DNA of 35,301 nt. Source: Octopus bimaculoides (Eukaryota). How positions within the stretch are numbered: position 1 is the stretch's first letter; every line of letters begins with the position of its first letter. The notes beneath the pieces were generated by a model. The model worked only from the letters and a program-made list of their open reading frames with translations, searched no databases and had not been told where the DNA came from. The stretch covers positions 16,543,928 through 16,579,228 of the forward strand of contig NC_069005.1 in NCBI RefSeq assembly GCF_001194135.2, given 5' to 3'. Positions 1-12,390 of the stretch are shown here, in pieces. The translations under genes were made by a program, and so were the position numbers.

Positions 1-40
<40 letters not shown>

Positions 41-44
41 ATAT

Positions 45-285
45 ATATTTTTACATGAAGTAAAACATATGTCTGGTCATAGAGTGACCAATGGTTTTGC
101 ATCCATAAATCACTTAGTTTTATAGATGTCCCATCAGACTACAATGGCTGTGGGCATATAAAGGCTATATATTCATGGCCACTAGAGTTTGATGAGTCAT
201 CTATAAAGCTAAGTGATTTATGGATGTGAAATCATTGCTCACTCTATGACCAGACATATATTTAACTTTATATAAATACATTACT
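45..285. mobile_element. Fold-back repeat carrying two inverted, decayed type-I hammerhead motifs (family A, Penelope-like end)
   Basis: Arms at about 45-140 and 184-285 are reverse complements. Minus 81-140 reads AGT CTGATGG GACATC..GGATG CAAAAC CATTG GTC ACTCT; plus 184-245 reads AGAGT TTGATGA GTCATC..GGATG TGAAAT CATTG CTC ACTCT. Confidence 0.7.
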
Positions 286-474
286 GCTCTAACTTTTAGA
301 GTCTGTTTCTTTTCCGGATATATGATCCACTGAAGAAACAAATAAATAAAAAAAAAGACAGACAGGGAAACAGATAGATGATGTGTGTGTGCATGTGTGT
401 GTGTGTGTTTATACTTTTGAGAATGCATATTTGCATGTATAAACACATAATTTTATTTGTGATAGATGTGTATA

Positions 475-1346
475 CATGGTTTGATCAATAGGTATCTGGA
501 CTGTTGCTATAGTAATGAAGCTAGAGCACAGAGAGTGAAACTGCTTGGCACAGATTGACCTTGAGCTCTGCTGTACATGTGCACTAAGTTTTAACATTCT
601 AGCTCACTTCCACTGTTTACAGCAATGCTTGGAAGGAAGGTGTGTAGCGTGTGATTGTCACATTTACCATGACAGAGAAAGTTGAGCAGCAAATCTGCAT
701 TAAATTTTGCTAAAAGCTTGGTGATGCCTGCTCAGAGGCTTACACAAAGTTTTCAAAAGTTTTCATTGTTCTCAACACAATCAAGGAGATCTTGTGCAAC
801 TAAAATCTGAGTGTCTTTTGATCAGCTGAAAGAAGTTTTGGCACAAACTTGACAGACACGAGTCTCATACCCAAATCTTCATTTGATGATGGACTGAACT
901 GAACTGTAACTAATCTGCGCATCCTCTGATGGTAATTTGACGATTTCCTCTCACAGGTGCATGCACATCTGCGATGATGTTTTTCTTAGTTCTGCTGGTT
1001 GCGGGTATCTCAGAACATTCATCAATATCGACATTTTACCAGCCATCTTGGAAACATCTGAACCACTCGTACACTTGTGTGCGGCTCATACACTTTCTGC
1101 AACTTTGCGTATGCCTCTGAGCAAGTATCACCATGACAACTTTCTCTGTCATGGTCAATGTGATGATCACACACTACACACCTCCCTTCCAAGCATTGCT
1201 GTAAACAGCAGAAGTGAGTTAGACGGTTAAAACTTAGTGTGCATGCACAGTAGAGATCAAGGTCAATCCCTGCCAAGCAGCTTTACTCTATGTGCTTTAG
1301 CTTTATTACTATGGCAATGGTTCAGATATTTATTGATCAAACCTCA
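475..1346. mobile_element. Mariner-derived element made of two convergent 5' ends (fold-back), TA-flanked
   Basis: TIRs ta|CATGGTTTGATCAATAGGTATCTG and TATTTATTGATCAAACCTCA|ta. The plus arm encodes MTEKVEQQICIKFC*KLGDACSEAY; the minus arm (about 1200 to 760) encodes a decayed mariner N-terminal HTH region. Confidence 0.8.
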
Positions 1347-2178
1347 TATATAAGTGAGCGTGAGTACGTATGTATGTGTATGTTTGTATGTATAATGTGT
1401 GTACAGATATCTGGTGAGTGTGATGAGGAATATGTAAGCAGGTAAAGATTCATTCATATTAGTCTGTGTTTATGTATATGTGTGAGTGTGGAGTGAGAGT
1501 GTGAATGTGTGAAGTGTTGGATCGAAGGATTTACAGTATAGACATTCTTTTGCTTGTCCTCTTATTCCAACTGCTTAGTATCAACAAATGTGGTAATAAA
1601 AATGGCTTAATAACACTCAGTAGTAAACACTTTGATCTATATGATAAATTTCAAACTGACTTTATTTTGACTTTATTTTTATATCTTTTATTATAATTAA
1701 CTTAAATCTTATACGATATATCAAATGAGGGCTATAAGTATTCAGCCTTTTTGCATGTTGCTAACATCCAGAAATGTGACATAAATATTATCCTGCATCA
1801 CCTGCTTATTTCATATGTTCATTGTGTTTTCAAATCGAGAAGTCTGAGAAAGTGAACAAACCAGAATAATATTATATATTTCTACATATTGAATGTATTA
1901 CATAACATTGTATGAGATATGAAATTTAAAAGATCATTTCTTTAGGGAAATAATCATAATGTTGACTTGATTTCTCCTTTCGTCTTTTAATTCATTATTT
2001 TTATTATTCACTCTGTGGTGCCTATATTAAGTTCACTGGATCTTACCTTGGAGTTGCAAAGTACTCCCCTTTGTATTAATCGGAGTCTTACTGTTCTTCT
2101 TTCAATTATTGGAATACTATGCTAGCCAGGATTCTACATGATGTGCTGATGAGGTGATTTCCAGGATTATGATTATCA

Positions 2179-2231
<53 letters not shown>

Positions 2232-2235
2232 CATA

Positions 2236-3090
2236 ATCATCATCATTTAATGTCTGCTTTCCATGCTGGCATGAGTTGGATGGTTTGACAGGAGCTGGTC
2301 AGCTGGAGAGCTGCTCAAGCTCCATGTTTGTGTTGGCATGGTTTCTATGACTGGATGCCCTTCCTAACGCCAACCACTTTACAAAGTATATGCAGTACTA
2401 GCATGGGTGCTCTTACATGGCACCAGCACAGGTACTTTTCATGTGGCATTGACACCCACAGGCCCACAAGATTAGAAATGCTCAACTGAAGAGGGATGCA
2501 GGGAATATGCCTGTATGCAAGGACTACCATGTATTTAATTAGCTTGACACATCTTTTCAAGCACAGCAAACTTCCAGAAGTCTTGGTTCCCTGCCATCCT
2601 CTCTGTGAGGCCCAACATCTGAAGATCTTTTCTCACTACTTCATCCCATGTCTTCCTGGGTCTACACCTTCCACATGTTCCCTCCACAATTAGAGCTTGG
2701 CACTTCTTGATGCAACTGTCTTCATTCATATGCATTACATGACTATACCAGTACAGTTTTCTCTTTTTCTCACTACAGCTGATGCCGTGCATACCCAGAT
2801 TTTCTCTCAAATCACGTACACTCTGTTGTATATGCACACTCGTCCAGTGGAGCATACTGGCTTCAATTCTTTCAAGCCTTCACATGTTCTCAGCAGTCAA
2901 AGCCCATGTTTCACCGACATGTAGCATACAATCTGCCTTTCACTCTGAGGGAAAGGCCCTTCATTACTAACAGAAGTAGTAGCTCTCTGAACTTTGCCCA
3001 GCCTATTCCTATTATAGTGGCTATGCTTTCAGAACATCCTCCACCACAGCTAAATTGGTCACCAAAGTAACAGAAACTGTCTACTACTTC
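2236..3090 (-). mobile_element. 5'-truncated RTE-clade LINE, 3' end with (CAT/GAT)n tail
   Basis: C-terminal motif GTCGRCRPRKTWDEVVRKDL is shared with the copy at 11304-11924, as is the 3' tail. Confidence 0.85.
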
Positions 3091-3145
3091 TTAGGATCCC
3101 CCCCAGATATTTGAGGGAGTCTATGTTTTGTACATTTCTTGTGTT

Positions 3146-3330
3146 TAACCCTTTAGCATTTAAACCAGTCATATCCAGTCCAAATATTTTACTTGTTTTA
3201 TGTTCAAACTGGCCAGATCCAGTCTTTCACACCTTCCTGATAATGTTATTCTTAAAATAAGCAATCACATTAACAAAATCTCAAAGCTACATTGAAATGC
3301 ATGATTGATTCAAAACAAGTTGAATAAATA
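3146..3330 (+). mobile_element. piggyBac-like MITE fragment (left end)
   Basis: Begins ttaa|CCCTTTAGCATT. Internal sequence is homologous to 22545-22728, which ends ctgaatgctaaagg (the matching right TIR). Confidence 0.5.
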
Positions 3331-3399
3331 AGCATTTCGTTTCTTTCCCTTCCTTTCTTTTTCCTTCTCTCCTTTCCTCTCACTCTCTCTCTTATTCTC

Positions 3400-3958
3400 C
3401 CGCTCTCTTTTTCTCTCTGGCTGAATAACCATGTACCTCCTCTATAGCAAGACACCTGTTTCTGCCTCTCTGCTTCTCTGTCACACTCTAACCTTTCATT
3501 ATCTGACACAAGATCACCACCTCCAATGCCCCCTACTCTATAGCAAGATACCTGTTTCTGCCTCTCCGTTTCCCTGTTACACTCTGCCCTTTCATCATCT
3601 GACACAAGGTTCCCTCTTCCAATGCCTCCTCCTCTCTCAAAATTCCTTGTCTTGCAAGTTACTTGGTAACCCTGCTGGTGCTGGTGCTGATGCCACATAA
3701 AAGCATCCAGTCCACACTGTAAAGTGGCTGGCATTTGGAAGGCCCAAAACTGACCTTGCCAGTGCTGGTGTCATGTAAAGAGCACTCAGTCCACTCTGCA
3801 GAGTCGTTGATGTTAGGAAGGGCATCCAGCTGTACAAACCCTGCCAAAACAAACACAGTAGCCTGGGGTAGTCTTCCACCTGACCAGCTCCTGTCAAACT
3901 GTCCAATCCATGCCTGCATGGAAGGCAGATGTTAAATGATGATGATGATGATGATGTT
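3400..3958 (+). repeat. Repeat with an internally duplicated unit, fused to an RTE-type 3' tail
   Basis: The unit cctcctctatagcaagacacctgtttctgcc..tctgacacaag occurs twice. A homologous copy lies at 14940-15485, also ending in (GAT)n. Confidence 0.7.
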
Positions 3959-4011
3959 GAAGTATATACACACACACACTGACACACTCACACATACACG
4001 TATATGAATAT

Positions 4012-4140
4012 TGTTCTTAAACAAGAATAGTATTGACAATGACTACACAGCTTCAGCCAGCTAAGACATCATTGAATTACTTATGAGGGCAAAGCTGGCT
4101 GAAATTTCGTAGTCACTGTCAAGACTATGCTTGTTAAAGA
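4012..4140. repeat. Short fold-back repeat, possibly a decayed Penelope-like end
   Basis: acaagaatagtattgacaatgactac..ttcagccagct pairs with agctggctgaa..gtagtcactgtcaagactatgcttgt, followed by aataaataaaa. Confidence 0.6.
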
Positions 4141-4214
4141 ATAAATAAAATTGTATTTTATAAAGATATTGAGTAATTCTTCAGCTTGATGTAAAATTGA
4201 TTTTATAATAACAT

Positions 4215-4500
4215 AACACTAATCATCATCATCATCATCACTGTTTAACATTCGCTTTCCATGCTGGTATGGATTGGACAGTTTGACATCGTGTTGGCCA
4301 GCTAGTAACTGTCCAGGCTCCAATTGTCTGTTGTAGCATGGTTTCCACAGCTGGATGTCCTTCCTAATGCCAACCACTTAACAGAGTGCAGCAGGTGCTT
4401 TCTATGTGCCACCAGCATGGGTGCATTTACACAGCACTGGCACCTGAAAGGAGCAGCCTGTATGCATGGGGACGGTGATTTTACTTAGTTTGATGTGTCT
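4215..4500 (-). mobile_element. RTE-type 3' tail fragment
   Basis: (CAT)n followed by ttccatgctgg..ctggatgtccttcctaatgccaaccac, as in the other copies. Confidence 0.7.
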
Positions 4501-4839
4501 TACCAAGTATATACCTTCTGTCTTTTATTGGTTTCAGTCATTGGACACTGACCATGTTAGGTCACTACCTAAAAGGTTCAATCAAACAAATCAACCCCAG
4601 TACTTTGTTATTCCTTTTATATTAAGTCTGGTATTTAGTCTACTGGTTTCTAGTGCTAACTTATGGTAACATAAAGTAGAACTGGTTATCAAGCATTGGC
4701 TGATGGGACAAACACTCACACACATAAATGAGATTCCGCACAGCATCCATCTACCATATCCACACACAAAGCATACAAAGCAAGCTTCTTAACCACACAT
4801 GTGCGCGTGCATGCGTGTGTGTGTGTATGTATGTGCAGA

Positions 4840-5170
4840 GACCCCCTTCGGTCATGACTGACAATGGGATTGTACCTAGGAAGTTACCCTCCCAGGCACA
4901 AATCCAGGCAAGGTTGTTTATGGAAAGCCAGCAGTCGCCCATGCATACTGGCCTCCCCTCTCCACGCCACCAGTGTTATCCAAGGGAAGGGCAAAGGCCA
5001 ATACAGCTTCGCATCTATAATGTCGCGACTCATTTCTACAGCTGAGTGAACTGGAGCAACATGAAATAAAGTGTCTTGCTCAAGAACACAACACGCAGCC
5101 CGGTCCGGGATTCGAACTCACAACCTCACGATTGTAAGCTTGACGCTCTAACCACTGAGCCATGCGCCTT
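4840..5170 (-). mobile_element. tRNA-derived SINE
   Basis: Head GGCGCATGGCTCAGTGGTTAGAGCG..GAGTTCGAATCCCGG with A and B boxes, followed by a central gtgttcttgagcaagacactt domain. Confidence 0.8.
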
Positions 5171-5454
5171 CACTTTATGTATGTATGTATATATATGTGT
5201 GTGTGTATATATGACATCAAAAGTTCATATATTTGAAAAAGAAGCACACTCCAAAGCATTAGAGCAGTAATATGCGGGGCTGCTGGAAAGGTCCAGGCTT
5301 TGGGTAAAATACAGGAAGATCAGTTAATTATGATTTTATTCAACATATTCCCCTCATTACAGTGGTCCTTCAGATTTTCTAAGCCCTGGAAAAGGACTTG
5401 GAAGGTTGGGCCTCCAACCAAGCCTTTTGCGATGCCCTTAAAGCTAAGAACCTT

Positions 5455-5592
5455 TCAGGCCGGTCATAAAGTGACCATTGATTGCACACCTAAAAGGCAT
5501 TTACCAGTAAAGGTGACTCATCAGACTCAAATGGCTGAGTTATACTGTTAAGCAGTATAGGTGCAAAACCAATGGTCACTCTATGACTAGCC
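5455..5592. mobile_element. Second copy of the family A hammerhead fold-back
   Basis: Minus 5468-5528 reads GAGT CTGATGA GTCACC..GGTG TGCAAT CAATG GTC ACTTT. The plus arm ends GGTGC AAAAC CAATG GTC ACTCT ATGAC, the same termini as 71-250. Confidence 0.7.
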
Positions 5593-5620
5593 ATAACTTA
5601 TAACTTTCTAATATCTATAT

Positions 5621-5786
5621 AGGCACAGGAGTGGCTGTGTGGTAAGTAGCTTGCTTACCAACCACATGGCTCCAGGTTCAGTCCCACTGCATGGCACCTT
5701 GGGCTTCTACTATAGCCTCGAGCCGAGCAAAGCCTTGTGAGTGGATTTGATAGACATAAACTGAAAGAAGCCCATCGTATATTTAT

Positions 5787-5846
<60 letters not shown>

Positions 5847-6068
5847 GTATATGTTTGTGTATCTGTGTTTATACCCTTGACATCGCTTGACAATCAATGC
5901 TGGTGTGTTTACGTCCCTGTAACTTAGCGGTTCGGCAAAAGAGACCAATAGAATAAGTACTAGGCTTATAAAGAATAAGTCCTGGGGTCAATTTGCTTGA
6001 CTAAAGGTGGTGCCCCAGCATGGCCACAGTCGAATGACTGAAACAAGTAAAAGAAAAGAATAAAAGAA
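5621..6068 (+). mobile_element. tRNA-derived SINE with internal microsatellite
   Basis: ggagtggctgtgtggtaag..ggttcagtccc head and cagcatggcc..gactgaaacaagtaaaaga tail. Related copies lie at 22840-22990 and 28475-29130. Confidence 0.8.
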
Positions 6069-6086
6069 TATATATATATATATATC

Positions 6087-6990
6087 CAGGGTGTCCCAAA
6101 ATTAAGGCAGCCAAAGTTTTAGGCTTTAATAACTATCAATAAATGTGATAAGATATAAAAATTATACATCATTATAAAAGCATAGTGTGTTTTCTTTTTG
6201 TTTCAGACCAAATAAATTCAGATTTTGTTTTTTTATTTGGTTTTCAAGATTCTTTATGTGAATTCGTGTGCTGAAGCATATTTTATTGTGTCTGGGAGAG
6301 TCATTCTCTGTTAGTGCCTTATCAATTTAATACATTCACCGATTTCCACTCATTTATTTGTTTTTAATAAAATTTTTGTTGCGATTTGCAACCTTTTCAA
6401 TAGTCGTTTGACTCTGTCCATTATCAGAATTGCGTTCTCTTTTTTTTGTATGCATGCGTGTGCGTCACTGTGCATGCGCATACACTGGAAGGTCTCCCCT
6501 CGTTTTTGTGCCACCCAGTAATACCTTAGTAAATGTACACTTTCAAGGTACACATTGGAGCCCCAACAGTATTCGGCACCATCCCACAGCTCCAAAAAGA
6601 CACAATACTAGATTCAGAAAAACATTTTGTCATTCATAGGCAAGAATGTATGGCCCTCAAGAAGCCCTGAATTAAACCCGTTGAATTTTTCTGTTTGGTC
6701 CCATTTGGAGAGGAAAGTCTTGAGAACTCCTCATGCTTCACTCGATGCACTCAAGGCAAAACTACACCTGGAATGGGTTTTGATTCCGCAAGAACAGCTG
6801 TTTGCTGCATGTGAACCATTTGCACCTAGGCTGTGATTCGAAACAGAGGTGGTCATATCAAATAAATGTGGTAGTGTCATAATTGTGTTTCCTTTACCAT
6901 TGCACTGCAATGCTCAGACTCAAAATATAACAATATTTTACTTTGGCAAAATTGAAAACAAGTTGATTGCCTTAATTTTGGAACATTCTG
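6087..6990 (+). mobile_element. Internally deleted Tc1/mariner-superfamily transposon
   Basis: TIRs CAGGGTGTCCCAAAATTAAGGCA and TGCCTTAATTTTGGAACATTCTG. Remnant WPSRSPELNPLNFSVWSHLE at 6627-6836. Confidence 0.85.
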
Positions 6991-7024
6991 TCTGTTTGTC
7001 TGTCTGTCTGTCTGTATGTATGTA

Positions 7025-7194
7025 TGTATGTATGTATATTAGATAGAATCTCCATAAGATGTACACAGTGTAAGTTATGGATGCATAAGAGGTGCAGTAA
7101 CATCAAAGGAAGGTTAACCAGGAAGATAGCTTTCGTATGCGGCAGATGCACAGGGGCAATAAACACTGCAGATGCTCAGAAAAAAGACTCTATC
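7025..7194 (+). mobile_element. RTE LINE fragment
   Basis: SIRCTQCKLWMHKRCSNIKGRLTRKIAFVCGRCTGAIN, homologous to 11215-11360. Confidence 0.8.
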
Positions 7195-7204
7195 NNNNNN
7201 NNNN

Positions 7205-9500
7205 AGCCTTTCCCAGTAGCTGAGCAGTTGCAAAAAGACAATCTTCTTTGTGAAGCTTTGCTGGATTGCTTCAATGTCCGCTGTTAATTTTACACTGTTG
7301 GGTGACCATAGCTGGGAGCAGTAATCCAGGTGGCTGAGGACAAATGTCCTCCATAGAACCATCATGGTTTCTTTATTTCTGGTTCTGAATGTTTTCAGGA
7401 TCCATCCAGCCAGTCGTCTGTGCACTTGGGAAGAGGTATTATCACTCATGTCGATACCCAGGTTCCTCACTGATTTAGGCACTGGGATTGTAATTTTCTG
7501 TGGACCAGTGTACCTTGTAAGTTTCATATTCAGTTTTGGATGCTGGTAGCACAGGGCTTGGAATTTTTCAGCATTAAACTGCATATTATTATCCTCAGCC
7601 TATCTGTAAATTGAGTCTAACTCCTTCTCCAGATGTGCAACATCGCTGGGGTTCTGTATTTTCTGTGAGACTTTTGTATCATCTGCGTAGCTAGCAAGGG
7701 TGGCTATCCAAGCAGTTGAGGGCATATCTGAGATGGCCACTATGAAAAGCAGTGGTCCCTAGAGAGTGCTCTGTGGAACACCACTCACTACTTGTGTTTT
7801 CATTGAGGTGGCTCCATTGGCTACTACTGCTTGACTTCTATCTTTCAGAAAGTCATGTAACCACTCTCCAAGTTTTCCAGCTATGCCAAGATCACGCAGT
7901 TTGTGGCATATCACACCATGATCCACTTTGTCAAAAGCTTTTCCAAAATCAAGGTATATTATGTCCACATTTGAATTGTTGAGTAACTGCCTCAANNNNN
8001 NNNNNNNNNNNNNNNNNNNNNNNNNNNNNNNNNNNNNNNNNNNNNNNNNNNNNNNNNNNNNNNNNNNNNNNNNNNNNNNNNNNNNNNNNNNNNNNNNNNN
8101 NNNNNNNNNNNNNNNNNNNNNNNNNNNNNNNNNNNNNNNNNNNNNNNNNNNNNNNNNNNNNNNNNNNNNNNNNNNNNNNNNNNNNNNNNNNNNNNNNNNN
8201 NNNNNNNNNGGCTACTACTGCTTGACTTCTATCTTTCAGAAAGTCATGTAACCACTCTCCAAGTTTTCCAGCTATGCCAAGATCACGCAGTTTGTGGCAT
8301 ATCACACCATGATCCACTTTGTCAAAAGCTTTTCCAAAATCAAGGTATATTATGTCCACATTTGAATTGTTGAGTAACTGCCTCAACACCCAATCATAAT
8401 GTTGTAAGAGCTGAGTTAGGCAGCCCCTACCTGGTCAGAAGTTATTTTTTTCAAGGAATGTGATTAGTTTCCCTCTGACTATCCGTTCCATGACTTTGCC
8501 GATGTGTGAAGTCAGAGAGATAGGCCTACAGATTTTGGCATCTGCTCTGCTTGCCCCTTTATGGATTGGGCATATTATTCCCTCCTTCAGCTTGCTTGGC
8601 AGTCTGCCATTTACAAGAAAGCTCTGGAAGAGAATCTAGAGGCGTTTTTCCAGGGCATGCTTACACAATTTGAGGAGGATTGCTGGGACACTATCAGGAC
8701 CAGCAGTTGAGTTTACGTCCACCTCATCTATAGCTAGTAGTATATCTTCTTCACTAATGTCAATGTATTCCCTCATAACTGCCTCGCTGCTTATAGGGGA
8801 GGTGGCAAAGAAGTTCACTGTTTCGTTCACTTGTCTGTATTCCAACAGAGTGGTAAAGACACTTTTGAACTGATCATTCAGTACCTCACTGATCTTGGTT
8901 GGACTGTCTGTGAGGGAGCCATCCTTTTGGAAGAGGGGTCCTATCTTACAGCGTACTGAGGCTGTTTCTTTCGCATAATGAAAGAAGGCCTTTGGGTTTG
9001 ACTTAATGTTTTTTATAACCCAGGCTTCTTTGTCTGCTCTCTCCCTCACATAGGATTATTGCAGCCTTATTTCAATCTCCATCAGTATTGTTTTTAGGCA
9101 GGACCTTTCGCTACTTTTGGGATGTTAGTTGAGTTGATTTGCAATCTTTGTCTGTTGTCTCATGAGGATCTTCCTCTCCCTTGGAATCTTGTTCTATTTG
9201 TTTTGGCCTTGTGCTCTGGGACATATTTCTGGCATATGGCTTGCACAACAGACATGAAATATTCAATGTCTGGTGTGGAGAGACATTTCGGCCAATCCTC
9301 TCTGAGGATCTCTTTTTGGATCAATTTCCAGTCTGCTTTGTGGAAGTTCAGATTGGATAGATTTCAGGTGCTTCCTTTAGGCTGTATGTCTGGCTACTCT
9401 CAGCCCAAACATAGACAGCTCTATTATGTTACGATCCAAGACTTATGTCAGCATCACTTATGCCAGTTGTCCAATGGGGTGAGGCAACTGGAAATTCCTG
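7205..9500 (-). mobile_element. Decayed CR1/L2-group LINE ORF2 (reverse transcriptase), interrupted by a gap
   Basis: YLDFGKAFDKVDH, SGVPQ, YADD and NMQFNAEKF motifs; upstream NFHKADW and KSNPKAFFHYAK; contains stop codons. Confidence 0.9.
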
Positions 9501-9504
9501 TGTG

Positions 9505-12390
9505 ACAGCCTACTGAGTGCTACAGACCAAATCTGTCACTGGTACAAAGTCCCTTCCAGACCTAGAGTAACGTGATTGTGGAATAATACTGTAGGCAGGG
9601 CCATTAGAGCAAAGAAACAGGCCTGGAAAGCCTGAAAAAGTGGGGGTAGCTGGGAACTGTATTAGACACCCAGAAGGGAGGCTAGGAGACAGGTATATAT
9701 AGCCAAGGGAGAAGCAGAAAAGAAGTCTGCCAATGTTCAGCAATGTGAGGACCAAAGAACTGAAGTATTTCGGATTACTAGACAGCGTGTGAGAGAAAAT
9801 TGTGATATCATAGAAAAGATATGTGTCCACATGGATGATGGTGCACTTGCGTTTAATGATTCTGCAAAGAAAGAGGCTTGGAGATGCCATTATGAAAGAC
9901 TGCTGAATGTGGAGTATGAATTGGAGAAGGAGAGCCTGCGAAATGTTGACCCAATTGAGAGACCAGCTACCCGATAAATCTCTGTACGTGGCTTTTGTTA
10001 ACTTAGAGCAAAGAAACAGGCCTGGAAAGCCTGGAAGATACAGGGAACTATATCAGATAGCCAGAAGGGAAGCTAGGAGACAGATATATAAAGCCAAGGG
10101 AGAAGCAGAAAAGAAGAAGTTTGCCAATGTTTAGCAATGTGAAGACCAAAGAATTGAAGTATTTCAGATTGCTAGACAATGTGTGAGAAAAAAATTGTGA
10201 TATCATAGGAGAGAAATATGTCTACATTGATTAAGGTGCACTTGCATTTAATAATTCTGCAAAGAAAGAGGCTTGGAAATGCCATTATGAAAGATTGCTG
10301 AATGTGGAGAATGAATGGGAGGAGAGCCTGTGAAATGTTGACCCAATTGAGGGACCAGCTACCTGAATCGACAGTACCCTGGTAGATAAAGCAATTAAGG
10401 ATATGAAGATCAGGAAAGCCCCTGGCCCATCAGGAATCACTGCTGAAATGCCTAAAATATCTGGTGGTGTGGGTTATGATCTAGTCACCCGTATTGTAAA
10501 TCAGGTAGTTCACAAAGGTGTCATACCCAATGACTGGTGTAGCTGCACCATAGTCAACTGCTACAAAGGTAAAGGTGATGTTTTAGATAGAAATAATTAC
10601 AGGGGTATCAAATTGCTGGATCAAGTGATGAAGGTCACGGAGAAGGTCATAGCCCAACTAATTAGGGTGGGCATTAGCCTAGATGAGATGCAGTTTGGTT
10701 TTGTGCCAGGTAGAAACACCACTGATGCTATATTTCTGGTAAGGCAACTGCAGGAGAAATACCTAGCCAAAGATAAACCTCTGTACTTGGCTTTTGTTAA
10801 CTTAGAGAAAGCCTTTGACAGAGTACCCCGGTCCCTTATCTGGTGGTCAATGCGAAAACTAGAGATAGACACTGTCAGTAAGGTGAGGGTCGGCAACAGG
10901 TATAGTGAGGAATTCCAGGTTCACCAAGGATCAGTCCTCTGTCCCCTCTTATTCATCATAGTCCTCCAGGCAATAACAGAGGAATTCAAGACAGGCTGCC
11001 CCTGGGAGCTCCTCTGTGCTGTTGACCTTGCTCTAATAGCTGAGTCACTACCACACCTAGAGATGAAGTTTCAAGTGTGGAAGCAAGGTCTAGAATCGAA
11101 GGGCCTGAGAGTCAACCTAGCAAAAACCAAAGTCCTAGTAAGTAGCAAGGCAGACAAATCACAAACCCCCTCAGGTAGATGACCCTGCTTGATCCATAAA
11201 AAAAGACGTAGGTAGAATCTCTGTAAGATGTACGCAGTTTAAGCTAGGGACACATTAGAGGTGCAGCAATACCAAAGTAAGGTTAACCGGGAAGATAGTT
11301 TTTGTGTGTGACAGATGCACAGGGGCAATAAACACCGAAAATGTACAGAAAAAAGACTCTATCAAATGCCAGAGGGAGAAACTAGAAGTAGTTGATAGCT
11401 TCCGTTACCTAGGTGACCAAGTCTGCAGTGGGGGTGGATGCTTGAAGAGCATTGCCACTAGAATAAGAATAGCCTGGGCAAAGTTCAGAAAGTTTCTACC
11501 TCTACTTGTGACAAAGGGCCTCTTGCCCAAAGTGAAAGGTAGATTGTATGATGCATGTGTGCGAACTCCAATGCTACACAGCAGTGAAACATGGGCTGTG
11601 ACTGCTGGAGACATGCATAGGCTTGAAAGAAATGAAGCTAGTATGATCCACTGGATGTGTAATGGCAGTGTGCACACACAACAGAGTGTAAGCACCCTGA
11701 GAGAAATGTTGGACATAAGAAGCATTAGATGTGGTGTGCAAGAGAGACAACTGCGTTGGTATGATCATGTGCTGCGTATGGATGAGAAGAGCAGTGTGAA
11801 GAAGTGTCACTCCCTAACATTGGTAGGAACTTGTAGAAGAGGGAGACCCAAGAAGACATGGGATGAGGTGGTGAAGCATGACCATCGAACATTGGGCCTA
11901 ACAGAGGCAATGACAAAAGACTGAGACCTCTGGAGATATGCTGTGATTGAGAAGACCTGGCAAGGGAAGTGAGATCACAGCTGTAGCCGACACTAGTGTC
12001 AGATAACCAGCCTATTTAAAAAGTACCTTTGAATCATCGAGCAATATGCCACACTTGAGGAGACCTACTGAGTTAAGTAAAATCAAAATCAAAATTAAAT
12101 CACAATCAAATGGAAATTGTAGTCATGGCTGATGCCAGTGCCGCCTGACTGGCTCCTGTGCTGGTGGTATGCAATAAGCACCTTTCATGCATGGGCCAGT
12201 GCCACCTGACTGGCTCCCATGTTGGTGGTACGTAAAAAGTACCCACTACACTCTTTGAGTGGTTGGCGTTAGGATGGGCATCCAGCTGTAGAAACATTGC
12301 CAGATCGAATTGGAGCCTGGTGCGGCTTCCTGGCTTGCTAGTCCCCAGTCAAACCATCCAACCCATGATAGCATGGAAATCAGACGTTAA

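Noticed and set aside
1930-2175. Candidate U8 snoRNA or a further hammerhead (CTGATGA at about 2146), looked for because human SNORD118 lies beside TMEM107
   Set aside because: No convincing U8 similarity and no stem II/GAAA partner.
5095-5170. tRNA-like sequence on minus
   Set aside because: It continues directly into a SINE body and lacks a proper acceptor stem; it is a SINE head, not a tRNA gene.
5205-5282. Possible TMEM107 exon 4 (SAPHITALMLWSVLLFQIYE..) after ctttccag
   Set aside because: Lacks the W..C..YW..F pattern, His spacing is off, there is no U12 branch point and it runs into a microsatellite.
8210-8385. Exact repeat of 7820-7995 across the N gap
   Set aside because: Identical overlap on both sides of a scaffold gap; almost certainly unmerged contig ends rather than a real duplication.
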